A stretch of DNA of 64,000 bases. Source: Camelus ferus (lineage: Eukaryota). Of the stretch, positions 13,636 to 25,018 are shown piece after piece. The notes beneath the pieces were generated by a model. The model worked only from the letters and a program-made list of their open reading frames with translations, did no database searches and was not told the origin of the DNA. The translations under genes were made by a program, and so were the position numbers. The stretch spans positions 115,508,001 through 115,572,000 of the forward strand of contig NC_045697.1 of NCBI RefSeq assembly GCF_009834535.1. The letters are read 5' to 3'. Position 1 is the first letter of the stretch; each line of letters starts with the position of its first letter.

Positions 13636-13985
13636 TGTCTATAGTCTGAATGTCCGTGCCCACCCCCTACACTCACATAGTGCAAACCTAGTGCCCCAGA
13701 TGGTGGTATTATGAAGTGGGGCCTGTGGGAGGTGATCAGGTCATGAAGACAGAGCCCTCGTGGATGAGATTAGGGTCCATATAAAAGAGACCCTGAGGTC
13801 CCCCCCTCCATCCTCCACCTGGGGACCCAGTGAAGAGTCAGCATCTTCAGCCCAGAAAAGGGCACTCCCCCAACCACGTGGACACCCTGACCTCATACGT
13901 CCCACCTCCCAATTGGTGAGAAATAAATTTCTGTTGTTTGTTGACCTAATCTATGGTATTTTAGTAGCATGTACAATCTAAGACA
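13636..13985 (+). mobile_element. MaLR solo LTR, MLT1A/A0-like
   Basis: CTATAGTCTGAATG...GGGGCCTGTGGGAGGTGATCAGGTCATGA...GTGAGAAATAAATTTCTGTTGTTT...CTATGGTATTT...CTAAGACA; ~350 bp. Confidence 0.8.
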
Positions 13986-14784
13986 GTTTACCCCAAGCAT
14001 GTATTATCCCTTATACAGATGTTGACTTTATTGTGAGGAATGTGGGGGAGTCAATAGATTATCCTGAGGAAAGGTGATCTGATCTATCTTCAGTTTTAAA
14101 GGGTCAGCTGGCTGCAGTGCCAGAATTAGTCTTTTCACGGGCAAGGGTGGATTCAGACTGAGAATGTTGTGAACTCTTCTAGAGAAGCAGAGATGACAAC
14201 AGTACTGGGAGAAGGAAGAGATGGTGGGGTGCTGAGTATTTTTTGAAAGGAGACACAAAGGGTTTGCTGGAAAAAATGAGAACTCAATGTCAATGTCAAA
14301 TCTTGGGTCTCTCCAGTATGGATCAGTATTTAAACAGAACCATAGAATTGATTCTCATTTTTGCTGCAAATCCAAAGAGGTGCACCTTCTCCCTGTTCTG
14401 ACTGTGTTACACTTTGGTAGTATCTCAGAGTGGAGTTACTTGGTGTTCATTTTTTAGGAGAAAACAACAACAAAAAGTGATTTACCTCTAAGAAACCATT
14501 GGAAAAAAAAAAAAGACAAAGACAACTGAGTTAGCAATTAGCTTAAGTAAACAGTAAAGGAAAATTTTTTCTTGGAATCGCAATCGCAGTTGGGAGATTC
14601 GTCAGGCACAGAGAGGCGAACCCGGTAAATGAGGCCCAAGAACAAATTGAACTGGAATGTCTCCTGAGCAGATCGTTGCTTTGTTAATCACCACACACAG
14701 TGTGACAGCAGAAAGAAAAGCCACAAGAACATGAGAACTCGTGAAAACTCTTTCACTATGGAGAATCAAGAGCACTAGTCCATG

Positions 14785-16224
14785 GTGGCCAATATGCACT
14801 TAAAAAGATGCTCAACATCACAAATTATTAGAGAAATGCAAATCAAACTACAGTGAGGTATCACCTCACATCGATGAGAATGGTCATCATTAAAATGGCC
14901 ACAAATTTTAAATGTTAGAGTGGGTGTGGAGAAAAGGGAACCCTCCTAGACTGTTGGTGGGAATGAGATTTGGTGCAACCGTTATGGAAAACAGTATGGA
15001 GATTGCCTTAAAAAACTAAAAATAAACTTAAGATATTGTTACCGAGTCCAAACTCGTTCTGCTTACTGCACGACAGGCCAATAAATCAGGAGACGAAGTG
15101 TTGGGGCAAGGAATAGCGACTTTATTCAGAAAGCTGGCAGACTGAGAAGATGGCCAAATAATGTCTTGGAGAACCATCTTCCCCAAGTGAGAATTCAGGC
15201 TACTTTTATACTAAAAAAAGGGGGAGGGGGTGAAGTTGGTTGTTGCAAACTCCTCGGTGTAGAAATTCTTTGTTCCTTCAGCTGTCCACGTGGGTCAGGT
15301 CACGGTGCCCCGTTAAAACCTCCAACAAAACAAATGTTATTTTTTATTCTGCAATCTGTTTATCTTTATATACGTGCAAAAGTATTAATATCCTTAAAAG
15401 TCAGAGCCTTGAGAATAGGCTGTCCTGTATATTTCAGGCTAAAGGCAACATTCTTTTATGAACAGTGCAGAGGTAGCAAGATTAAGTCTGGTAAACAGGG
15501 CATAGGGTTAAAGCTAAAGGAACAGATCTAATATGGAGTCAGATTTGTTCTTTTCTATTACAATATGATCCAGCAGCAATCCCACTCCTGGGCATATATC
15601 TGGAAGGAACTGTAATTCGAAAAGATACATGCACCTCAATGTTCATAGCAGCACTATTTACAATAGCCAAGACACAGAAACAACCTAAATGCACATCAAC
15701 AGATGACTAGATAAAGAAGTTGTGGTATATTTATACAATGGAATACTACTCAGGGGTGAAAAATAAAATAATGCTGTTTGCAGCAACATGGATGGACCTA
15801 AAGATTATCATACTAAATGAAGTAAATTAGACAAAGACAAATATCATATATCACTTATATGTGGAATCTAAAAAAAAAATGATACACATGAACTTGTTTA
15901 CAAAACAGAAACAGACTCACAGACATAGAAAACAAACAAATGGTTACCAAAGAGGAAAGACAGGGAGAGGGATAAATCAGGAGTTTGGGATTAACAGAAA
16001 CACACTACTGTATATAAAATACGGAAGCAAGGTCTTACTGTAGAGCACAGGGAACTATATTCAATATCTTATAATAACCTATAATGAAAAGAATATATAC
16101 ATATATATGTATATAACTGAATATATATATATAAAAAACTGAATCACTATGTTGTACACCAGAAACTAACACAACATTGTAAATCAAGTATACTGCAATG
16201 AAAAAATTTTAAACGCTTTTTAAA
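14785..16224 (+). mobile_element. 5'-truncated L1 (degenerate ORF2 C-terminus + 3' UTR), interrupted by an LTR
   Basis: Encodes decayed ORF2 end (KRCSTS.IIREMQIK...YHLT...[13 protein letters not shown]...P.LGIY), then an artiodactyl-type L1 3' UTR and A-rich tail. Degenerate TSD AAGAGCACTAGTCCATG (14768) / AAGAGCAACAGCCATG (16225). Confidence 0.9.
15037..15562 (-). mobile_element. ERV1-class solo LTR (family B) nested in L1
   Basis: TGTTACC...ATTACA termini with perfect 4-bp TSD ATAT (15033-15036 / 15563-15566). Removing it restores the L1 sequence ...ATATGATCCAGCA.... Reverse-strand AATAAA at 15121. Confidence 0.88.
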
Positions 16225-17520
16225 AAGAGCAACAGCCATGTGCTTACTGTTGCCTCCACTCACATTCCTGATGTCTTTCTTGCCACCAGGACAGGACAAC
16301 TCAGATGGGAGCACTGTCTTTGGAAATAGGAGTTACTTTTCCAGGGCAGGTACATCTGCTGTATCTTCCTGGGGACAGAAATGATTCAATGATCTGCTAC
16401 TATGGTAACAAGATATAAAGCAAATAAAATAAGCAACATGACTATTGTAACTTTCAGGGGTTTTTTGAAAAATGTTTTAGAAGCTTTTAAAAGTCACAAT
16501 TTCTTCTGCTGTTTCCTCAAGACCATTCTTAAACTGCTTTTATAATTCTTCCAGAAATGTAACCAAAGAATGAAGTTAGAGAATTAATGGAAAAAAACAA
16601 TCTATTTGTTCCTTTCCCAAGGGAAAAAAAAATCACATATTAACCTGGGATGAATAAAGTTTCCCATTTTTGCAGTCTGCTTTGTGTAGGGATGGCAGGT
16701 GCTCCGTTGACTTACTAAGAGCCAGTTTGTAACCAAGAACTTGTCATAAAGTAGCACCACCTGAGAGAGATCAATGCAGGCATGTTCATTAAACTAAGAC
16801 AAGAAGTATTGATCCGCAGGAGGGTAGGAGAGCCCACGGGACTTTTCAGTGGTGTGGAGGCAGGAGAAAGAAACAGAGTTTTCAGTTTCAGGACTAAACT
16901 GAGTTTATTCTATTTCCTTTATCTAGAGTAGAGTTTGCAGTGTAATTACCAGAACACATTAAAAAAAAAAAAAAAAAAAGAAATGGAAACTAGAAAACAG
17001 CAGGACTCATGCAGCCCATAAAGTAGGGAGTGGTGGGTGAAGTGCCCATTAAACACCCATGCAGCCGAAAAAGATGTATTTATAAGAGTCTGGTCTAAAA
17101 ACGGGAGCATATTTCCACCCATGTTTTCAGAAGATTTCACTTGGACAGTATTAATACTTAAAGGATATTCTTAATCGCCCAACCAAGACATTCAGAAACT
17201 AGACCAAGCACTGACTATGAATCTCTGAATTGAGGGGAGGTCAGGGGTGAATCCAGCCATAACCAGTAAAAGACAACTACATTTTTAAGATGAGAGTAGT
17301 TGATGGACTAGAAAATACTAACATTCATTAGTATTCACCTACCAGTAAAAAAAAAAAAACAAAAAAAAACCAGTTGATTTGTTACTTACCATCCACTTCC
17401 TACAATTTAATAATACTAATTATAGCACTATTACATTGTACTACTTAGCAGAAAACTGAAATAATGAATTAGCTTAGATACAAAAATATAATACCCATCT
17501 CAGGATCATGGAGATATAGC

Positions 17521-18370
17521 CATTCATTCATTCATTCCCTCACTTACTCAATAAATACATATTCCTGCTTCATTAAAAGCCCTCTGTGAAATTTGGTTTT
17601 GAACACAAATTCAACTTTACCTATTCACAATAACCAGAATGAAAACAACCATATAACCCTCAAAAGCTGATAAATAAAAATTTAATTACAAAAAAAAAAC
17701 CCTCTACCAATATAGGTCCAGTCTGCATGGAGTTTATGCTTCAATGTAGAAAAAAAACAAATAATCACACAAAAATATGTAGTTACAAAAATGTGCATAC
17801 AAAATGAAAGCAAGCTATCATTAAATTCGATAACAAGAAAGTGGCATTTATTCTGTATTTTTTTTCCTGAAAATGACTATTGAATTAGTACTTGAAAAAT
17901 CTGTACTGTGTTCCCTGGATGGGGGAGTGGAGTCAGAAGAAACAGGGAAAGGAAGAGCTTTGTACACCTTAAGTGTGCACAAAGTCATAAGTAACCAGAA
18001 GTCCATGTGACTGATCTCGAATGAAAGAGAGCATCATGGCTTAATCAGCTGAGAGAACGGCTGTGGGGCTGAAGAACACAGAAATCGGGCCAGATGAGGC
18101 TGGCGGAGTAGGTGGAGTCTGCCACGTTGAGGTTTTCCTAATTGTAACTGGGCACCATTGAAAGGTTTTAAGTGATGGGAGGTGTCACTGCCCTATCTGT
18201 ATTATTCAAAGGAGCTGCAACATGTAGAGAAAATCAAATGAGGGGTAAGAGTATTTATAGAGTTTAGAGGCTATTTCTGTGAAACAGGGTGAGATGTTGG
18301 TGACTTGAATGAAGCAGCGTGATGGTGGAATTGTTGAGAGTATCTGGAGTGGGAAGAACTGGGAGAGGTT
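17521..18370 (-). mobile_element. L2 LINE fragments
   Basis: (CATT)n tail at 17521, ...GGGCACCATTGAAAGGTTTTAAG...CAGGGTGAGATGTTGGTGACTTG... are reverse L2 motifs. Confidence 0.55.
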
Positions 18371-18384
18371 TTCAGGATCATCAC

Positions 18385-20028
18385 TGCCTTAATCTGTTTG
18401 GGCAGCTCTAAGGTAATTCCATAGATGATCCATCCTGAAGCAAAATTCCTCTCCAACTGTGAGCCTGTGAAACCAACACGTCATGTGCTTCCATAATGCA
18501 GGGGTCAGGCAGGCATAGGACAGACATTTCTATTTCAAAAGGGAGAAAGAGGAAAAAAATAAAGGGATATTGGGTCCCCAAGTAAGCCAAAAGCCTAACA
18601 GGGCAAACAACACTATGCCTTAAGACTTGAGAATGAGCCTCTGGCTTGATACTCTGTCCTCTGGACCCACTGGGGTGCTGGTTTCACCTCCGTGGCTCTC
18701 CTGGGCTAGAGTTATACATAGAAGGCTCTCTCAAGCTGGGGTTATGTCCCCAAGCTCCTGGCAACCTCATCACCACAGATCCACACCACAGCACTTGGCA
18801 GGGCTCACCCCCAGGGCACTGTGCAGGGTGTCTTGGCCTCGCTGAACCAGAAATGTGGCCTCACCCTTTGAAACTGCTCTCCTCTGGGCTCTTACCTTCT
18901 ATGCCTGTGATGGGAGAGGCAGCCCTTAGGATCCAGAGATCACCCTGGGAGAGTCATTTTCCCCTTGTCTTGAAGAACATGCCTGACTTCATCTGGCATG
19001 TCTTGCTAGGTACTTGATTCATGCCCACACAGATGGCTTTATCAAACGGTCATGTGGCCATAGCCTGAACACACTTCTTCATTTTTATTATATGGAGAGG
19101 CTGAGAATTTTCCAAATCTTTAAGTTCTGATTCCTTTTAGCTTAGCCATTTGACCTGGGAGTTATTCCTCTCCTCTCACATTTCATGATAAGCAGTGGGG
19201 AAGAACCAAGCCTCTCCATCAGCACTCTGCTTACAAGCCTCCTCGGCTGAATATCCGCTTCCGTCACTTGAGAGTTCTGTCTTCCCACAAAACACTGGGA
19301 CACAAATACAATTTGCCAAACTCTTTGCCAGTTTTATCACAAAGATCCCTTTTTTTTTTCCCATTGCTCAGTAACATGTTCCTCATTTCCAGGTGAGCCC
19401 TCATCAGCATGGCCTCAACTTCCTCTGTTTCTATCAACATTCTCTTTGTGATGACGAAGTGTTTCTCTGCGAACGTGGGAGCTTTCTCTTTTCTTTGTGA
19501 GCCCTCACCGGAACCATCTTTCAAATTCCATCCACAGCCATTTAGGCTTTTTGTAGCACACACCTCAAAAACGCCTTCAGCCTCTACCCAATACACAGTT
19601 CCAAAGCTGTTTCTCCATTTTTAGATATTAGATGTAACAGCACTCCACTTCTTGGCATCAATTTCTATGTTAGTCCATTCAGGTTGATGTAAGAAAAAAT
19701 ACCATAGACGGGGTGGCTTAAACAATAAACATTGATTGATTTTACACAATTAGGGAAATTGCGAAGTCCAAGGCTAAGGCGTTGTCCAAGGCGTCTGATG
19801 GGTCCCCACTTCCTGGTTCACAGAAGGCTGGTTTTCTCGTCCCCCTCATGTGGGCAGAGAGATGTGGAGTCTCTTTGATAAGGGCACAAATCCCATTCGT
19901 GTGGGATCCGCTCTTATGACCTAAGCACCTCCCGAAGTCCCCAGCCCCCCTCCTCCTAATGCCGTCACACGGGACTTAGAAATTCAATGTGTAAATTTCA
20001 GGAGGACACAAACACTCAGCCCACAGTA
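18385..20028 (-). mobile_element. MaLR element (MLT1A-type): 5' LTR + internal region, 3' LTR mostly deleted
   Basis: LTR at ~19667-20028 (GTTAGTCCATTCAGG...AAATACCATAGAC.GGTGGCTTAAACAA...AACACTCAGCCCACAGTA), MLT1-int-like sequence ~18410-19666, and an LTR-end stub TGCCTTAATCTGTTTGGGC at 18385. Perfect 5-bp TSD ATCAC on both sides. Confidence 0.8.
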
Positions 20029-20718
20029 ATCACCACGCTCACATAGCTTATTTGGTAGTCACGGCTGCTAAATAAGTGCCTGTTAAACGATAGCAAGTAG
20101 GAAAAGGAGGAGGGCAGGGAAAGAAATTAGGACGCAGAGATGTACTAATAACATTCTGAAGAGTGAACAAAGGGAAGAAGACCAGAAGGAAGGAGGAAGG
20201 AAAGAAGAAGTGATGGAGAAAGAAGAAAGGGAGGGAGCAGAGAAAAAAAAAAATCTTGGCATCTGGCAAAAAGTGGATGGAGCCAGGAGCATTAAATTTA
20301 AGATCAAATTTAAAATCTGTGGGACCAGGGTATCCTAAATAGTTGTGAAATGTACACATATAGGTACTACATTCAATTTTTAAAAATATTTCTTACTTTC
20401 ATCAGTTATAAAATTATATCCATAAGGTTGACATGCATGTAGTATTCTATTAACACTGAGCCATTTTGCTGAGATAGCATTGTGTAAATCTTAATTGACA
20501 ATGTAAGATATCAAGTAGTTACTGAGTGACATCTGGTAGACAGCAGTAACAGACAGGTCATTTTTGAATATTCTGGTCAGAAAAGAGTAGTTTAAACAAT
20601 TGATTTTGGATAAGCAGATTTTAATTGTCATAAAAAAAAACTATATTTGTAATGAACCAGACAGACCTTACTCCATTTTTCAAGCAAGTGTATCACATGC
20701 TTTGGTAAAAATCAAAGT

Positions 20719-21093
20719 CATTCTGAAAGAGGCAACACGATGAAGACAGTAAGAAGATCAGTGGTTACCAGAGGTTTGGGAAGAGGGAGGGAGTTTTAGG
20801 CTAATGAAAATATTCTGCATGATACTATAATGGTGAATACAAGTCATTATATATTTTGTGAAAACCCATAGAATATACAACACAGAGTGAACCCTAGTGT
20901 AAACTACGAACTTTAGTTAATAACAATGTATCAACATCAGCTCGTCAGTTGTAATAAACACTCATACGAGATCTTAATAATAAAAAAAAACTTTGGGAGA
21001 GGAGAGAAAATATAAGGAAATGCTCTGTACTTTTCAGTCAATATTTTTGTAAACTTGAAACTACTCTAAAAAATAAGGTCTATTAATGAAAAA
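20719..21093 (+). mobile_element. Old L1 (L1MC-like) 3' end
   Basis: GACAGTAAGAAGATCAGTGGTTACCAG...GATACTATAATGGTG...AAAACCCATAGAA...GAGTGAACCCTA.TGTAAACTA...AAAATAAGGTCTATTAA. Confidence 0.75.
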
Positions 21094-21806
21094 CAAAAAA
21101 ATCATTACAATTTTTCCACTCTTGCTAACACCATAGTCACTATAGTTTGTCAGCTAACAGTAAGCCCAATTACTTGAAGTAAGAATGTAAAGAAATACAA
21201 ATATTAAAAGTAAATGAAGAGTAACTGTGACAGGCTAATCTAACATCTTGCACAGGCTTAGAATTAAAAATGCGGCATTCTATATGTAGACCTAGGAAAC
21301 TTTAATCTTGATAAAGCTGTCAGCTTTGGGAAGATGGTCCACAGAAACAATGAATGGTTGATTTCATTATTTTTAGGTTTGTACAGCAAAATATTCCTTA
21401 CAAATACTTCTCTGGCCTCTTCCACTGTAAAAACAATACTTTATTAGCAAATAAAGTTATTGCTTCCCAATTAAAATAAATCATTAAAAGAAAGCAAAGA
21501 CTGAAATTTCTATTCAATAAAATTTGTGCAGCCATCAAAAAGCACTTAACTTTCAACCACATGTTGCTGTCTATGACCATCCTAAGAGAGAAGAGGCAGA
21601 GCTTTTTAGATGACCATGCTCTAGATGTAAGGATGTAAGATGTAAGACCACAGAGATGGGAAATCAGTGTCTCTTACCTCCTTGTGCATGCCATCCAAAA
21701 TGGCATAATTAACTTTTTTGTTATTTTTGTTATGTTTTCCTTTTACATGCTTGATGCAGTGCATTCACAAAAATAAAATTGCAGGTGAGTTGGAAAGGAT
21801 GTGATA

Positions 21807-21851
21807 GGAGATTTTGTTGAGAATTTTTGCATCTATTTTCATCAAAGATAT
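21807..21851 (-). mobile_element. Tiny L1 ORF2 (RT) fragment
   Basis: Reverse translation ISLMKIDAKILNKI matches the L1 RT motif ISLMNIDAKILNKIL. Confidence 0.65.
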
Positions 21852-23019
21852 AATTTCTTTTTTGGTTGAGAAGTAACGTAGTGGGAAGCATACAATAGCC
21901 ATTTTTCCATGTTTGATATGTTCCAGATGGTACCATATGAGTCAAGGTGTTCCTTACTCATTCAGTAGTTTTTGTGCTTCTACATTTAGCCAAGAACAAT
22001 TCTAGACATAAGGGTTATTGCAGTAAACCAAAACTGCTGCCCTGGTGAAACTTAATGTTCTAGGGAGGAGGGAAAAACACAGATGAGCAAACTGGTAACT
22101 GCACACAAAAAAAAAATGGAGGGAGACTTCATCCTGAAAGAGATACTTGGTTAGATTTATTGGACTGTCCTTCCCTAAGTGGAAAAAGCACATCCACATG
22201 GATGGAAGGCTGGAAGAGCATGGCACATTTGGAAAAGAGCAAATGGTTTGTGATGAGTGGGCATACAGGAAGGAAGTATGTAAAAGAGACCAGGAAGTTT
22301 AGCCAGGGTTATGAAATTGTACCATAATTTAAATTTAAAATTTATCATAATGGCAATCCAGTCTATTGCATGATTTTTGAGGCAGAAAGAAGCATGATCC
22401 ATTCTGTTTTAAAATAGCATGTGGCTTGAATTTCAGAATGTGGAAATGAGAAACAGTGAGCATTTTCAGGAAGAAAATACTATAGTCCACATGAAGGATA
22501 ATGAGGGCCCAAAGTCAGGTTCAGGCAAAGGGGATAAAAAAAAATCGTCTAAAAACAGAATGTGAAATACACAACATGGAGCAGATGTCATGGGTCTGAG
22601 CTGAGATAGAGACAGCAGGCATCCTGCCCAAAGAATCAGAAATAAAGCATGTGTGTGTCATACAGCAACACCAAACACAAAAGGGAAAGTCCCCAGAAGT
22701 GGTAATTGAGTTCTTTTTAAGACTTGGAGAGTTGTCAGAGTATGGAGTCACTTAGAATATTACTTAAATTCTGTTCTTTAGTAATCTGATATGTCCCTTG
22801 TCTCTGTCAAGCTGGCCTGGGATGATCTACTGAGATGTCACACGGATTCTGTGATGGCAGGAAAAGAAGGATTAAAAAAAGAAAAGAAAAGAAAAGAAAG
22901 GAGACAATGAAAAAAGAACATGGAGATCTGGAAGTGATTCTCAAAACTGTCCGACACTCACATCCTCTCATGACTGTGACATTAGTTTGTATTAGACTCA
23001 ACATCCTTCTAGGTGATCA

Positions 23020-24425
23020 CACGTTCTCCTAATTTGTTTACTTTCTAAGTCTCCAATCCTCAAACATCCAACATGACTTCCCTGTACTTACTGTAAGATG
23101 ATAACTTTGCTTCTCATTTCACTAAGGAAAATGAAGACCAGAGATTATGCAAACACTTAGAAATATTCCATTAACTCTCTCATTTAAAGAACTTCTCCTT
23201 GACTTCTCCCTCCTTCTTGAAACGCTTTCTTTCCTTGGCTTCTTGGAATCACTCTTGTGGATTTCCCTCTGCCTCACTGGCTACTACTTCCCAGACCCTC
23301 TGGCTTCTCCTCATCTGCCTGGTCTCTTTCTGTTGCAGGGCTTCAAGATTTAAGCCTTAGTTCTATTTTATATTCAGTCTATACCTACTCCTTTGGTGAT
23401 CTGGTCCAGTTCCCTGACTTGAAATAAATTTATCTGCTTATGAATGCCAAATCTATAGCTCCAGAAACAACCTTTCCTTAACTCCAGATTAGAATCTGCA
23501 ATCCTCCAGTCATCATTTTTATTCTGATGATAACATATGTTGCAAACCCAATGTATCTGAAATGAATCTCCTGATTTCTCCCATCACTACAGTCTTTTAC
23601 ATCTCAATTATTGTCAACGTCAGTCTTCTCTGGTGTTCAGGCCAAAATCCTTGGAGATGTACTGTCTCCTGCATCAAAATTTCAATTGAAAAGCAATCAT
23701 CTTGATTCTATATGCAAAACATATCCAGACTCACCATTTCTCAGCATCCTTACTTACCGCCTTAGTCAAAGCCACCATCATCTCTCCCATGGATTATTGC
23801 AACAGCCTCCAAACTGGTCTCCCTACTTCCATCTGTGCCTCTTCAGTATCTCTTCTCAAACACCAGACAGAGTGATTACCTTAAAATGTAATTCATTCCA
23901 TATCATACTCAGCTTAAAACCTCCCCATAGCTTTCCACCGAACTCAGAGTAAATGCCAAAACCCTCTCACCAGCCACCTATATGGCCACATCTCCTACTA
24001 CCAGCCCCCAGTTTCATTCTGCAAAACCTCACTGGCCTCATTGCTGTTCTGTACACACACCAGTCACTCCCTCAGCTCTAAGAATTGCCCGCCCTTGCTC
24101 CAACCTCTGCCTGGAATTCTCTTCCCCCGGATATTTCCATACTTCCTTCTTAAACAGTCTTTACTCAAACGTCTTTGTTTCAGGAAGCCTTCCTGACAAC
24201 TCTGTGTAAAATTGCAACACATCCCATTAGCATTCCCTGTCTCCTCCACTGTCTCATTTTGCCCATGTTTCCTCTAGTATACTATGCAATTTATTGGACT
24301 CATTTATTTTCTCTGATCACCCACCAGAACATCATTTTACCAAGGGCAGGGGTTGTTGACTCTGCAGAGCAAAAGTTCACTTCTAACTCTTGGAAGGCAT
24401 TTAGTAAATAGCCGTTGAATAGAAA
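23020..24425 (+). mobile_element. L2 LINE (L2a-like) long 3' fragment
   Basis: Pyrimidine-rich L2 body (CTCCCTCCTTCTTGAAAC, CAGGCCAAAATCCTTGG, GGATTATTGCAACAGCCTCC, GGAAGCCTTCCTGAC) ending GGCATTTAGTAAATAG...TTGAATAG. Confidence 0.8.
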
Positions 24426-24486
24426 AATTATGACTATTTTAGTCTGATAAAAGTTTATCAAGCTGAACACTTGGTATAGAGTAGAC

Positions 24487-24796
24487 CAGAAATAGACTCA
24501 TGGACATAGAAAACAAACTGTGGTTACCAGGGGGGAAGGGAAGGGAAGGATAGATTAGGATTTTGGGATTAACAGATACCCATTACTATATATAAAATAG
24601 ATAAACAATAAGGACCTACTATATAGCAAAGGGAACTCTATTCAATTTATTTTAATAACATATAACATCAAAGAATATAACATATAACATAAAACAATCT
24701 GAAAAATATATAACTGAATCACTTTGCTGTATACATGAAATTAACATTGTAAATCAACTACACTTCAATAAAAAAGAATTAAGAAAAAATAATAAA
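24487..24796 (+). mobile_element. Short 5'-truncated L1 3' UTR (cetartiodactyl type)
   Basis: AATAGACTCA.GGACATAG...GGACCTACTATATAGCA.AGGGAACT...CTGAATCACTTTGCTGTA...TACACTTCAATAAAAAA; similar to 15905-16205. Confidence 0.85.
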
Positions 24797-24898
24797 CTTA
24801 ACCATGTCAAATTAAAAATAAAAGAGAGTAATAGGGAGGAGAAAGGGTGAAAAGGAGATATACTATCCCAAAGTAATAGTTTAGAAGAGAAAGCCCCT

Positions 24899-25018
24899 GG
24901 GGAGAGAGTGTGAGTGTAGTTTACTGGTAGAGCACATGCTTAGCATGCATGAGATCGTGGGTTCAATCCCTAGTCTCTCCATTAAAAAGAAAAAAAAAAG
25001 AAGAGAAGAAGAAGTAGA
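24899..25018 (+). mobile_element. tRNA-Ala-derived SINE (camelid Vic-1 type)
   Basis: A-box-like GTAG...TGGTAGAGC, TGCTTAGCATGCA arm, B-box GGTTCAATCCC, then CTCCATTAAAA and an A-rich tail. Confidence 0.8.

Larger units (their letters stand above)
12720..14270 (-). mobile_element. L2 LINE 3' fragment, interrupted by two LTR insertions
   Basis: CATTTTCATCCATTTG...ATTTATTAGG...CACTGTTCTGGG (L2 tail), ...TCAGGGAAGGCCTT..., ...TTTTAAAGGGTCAGCTGGCTGCAGTG..., all reverse L2 motifs, interrupted at 12913 and 13636. Confidence 0.6.

Noticed and set aside
14785..16224. Active L1 or functional retroviral gene
   Set aside because: 5'-truncated, frameshifted and interrupted. The LTRs are solo, with no gag/pol/env seen anywhere in the window.
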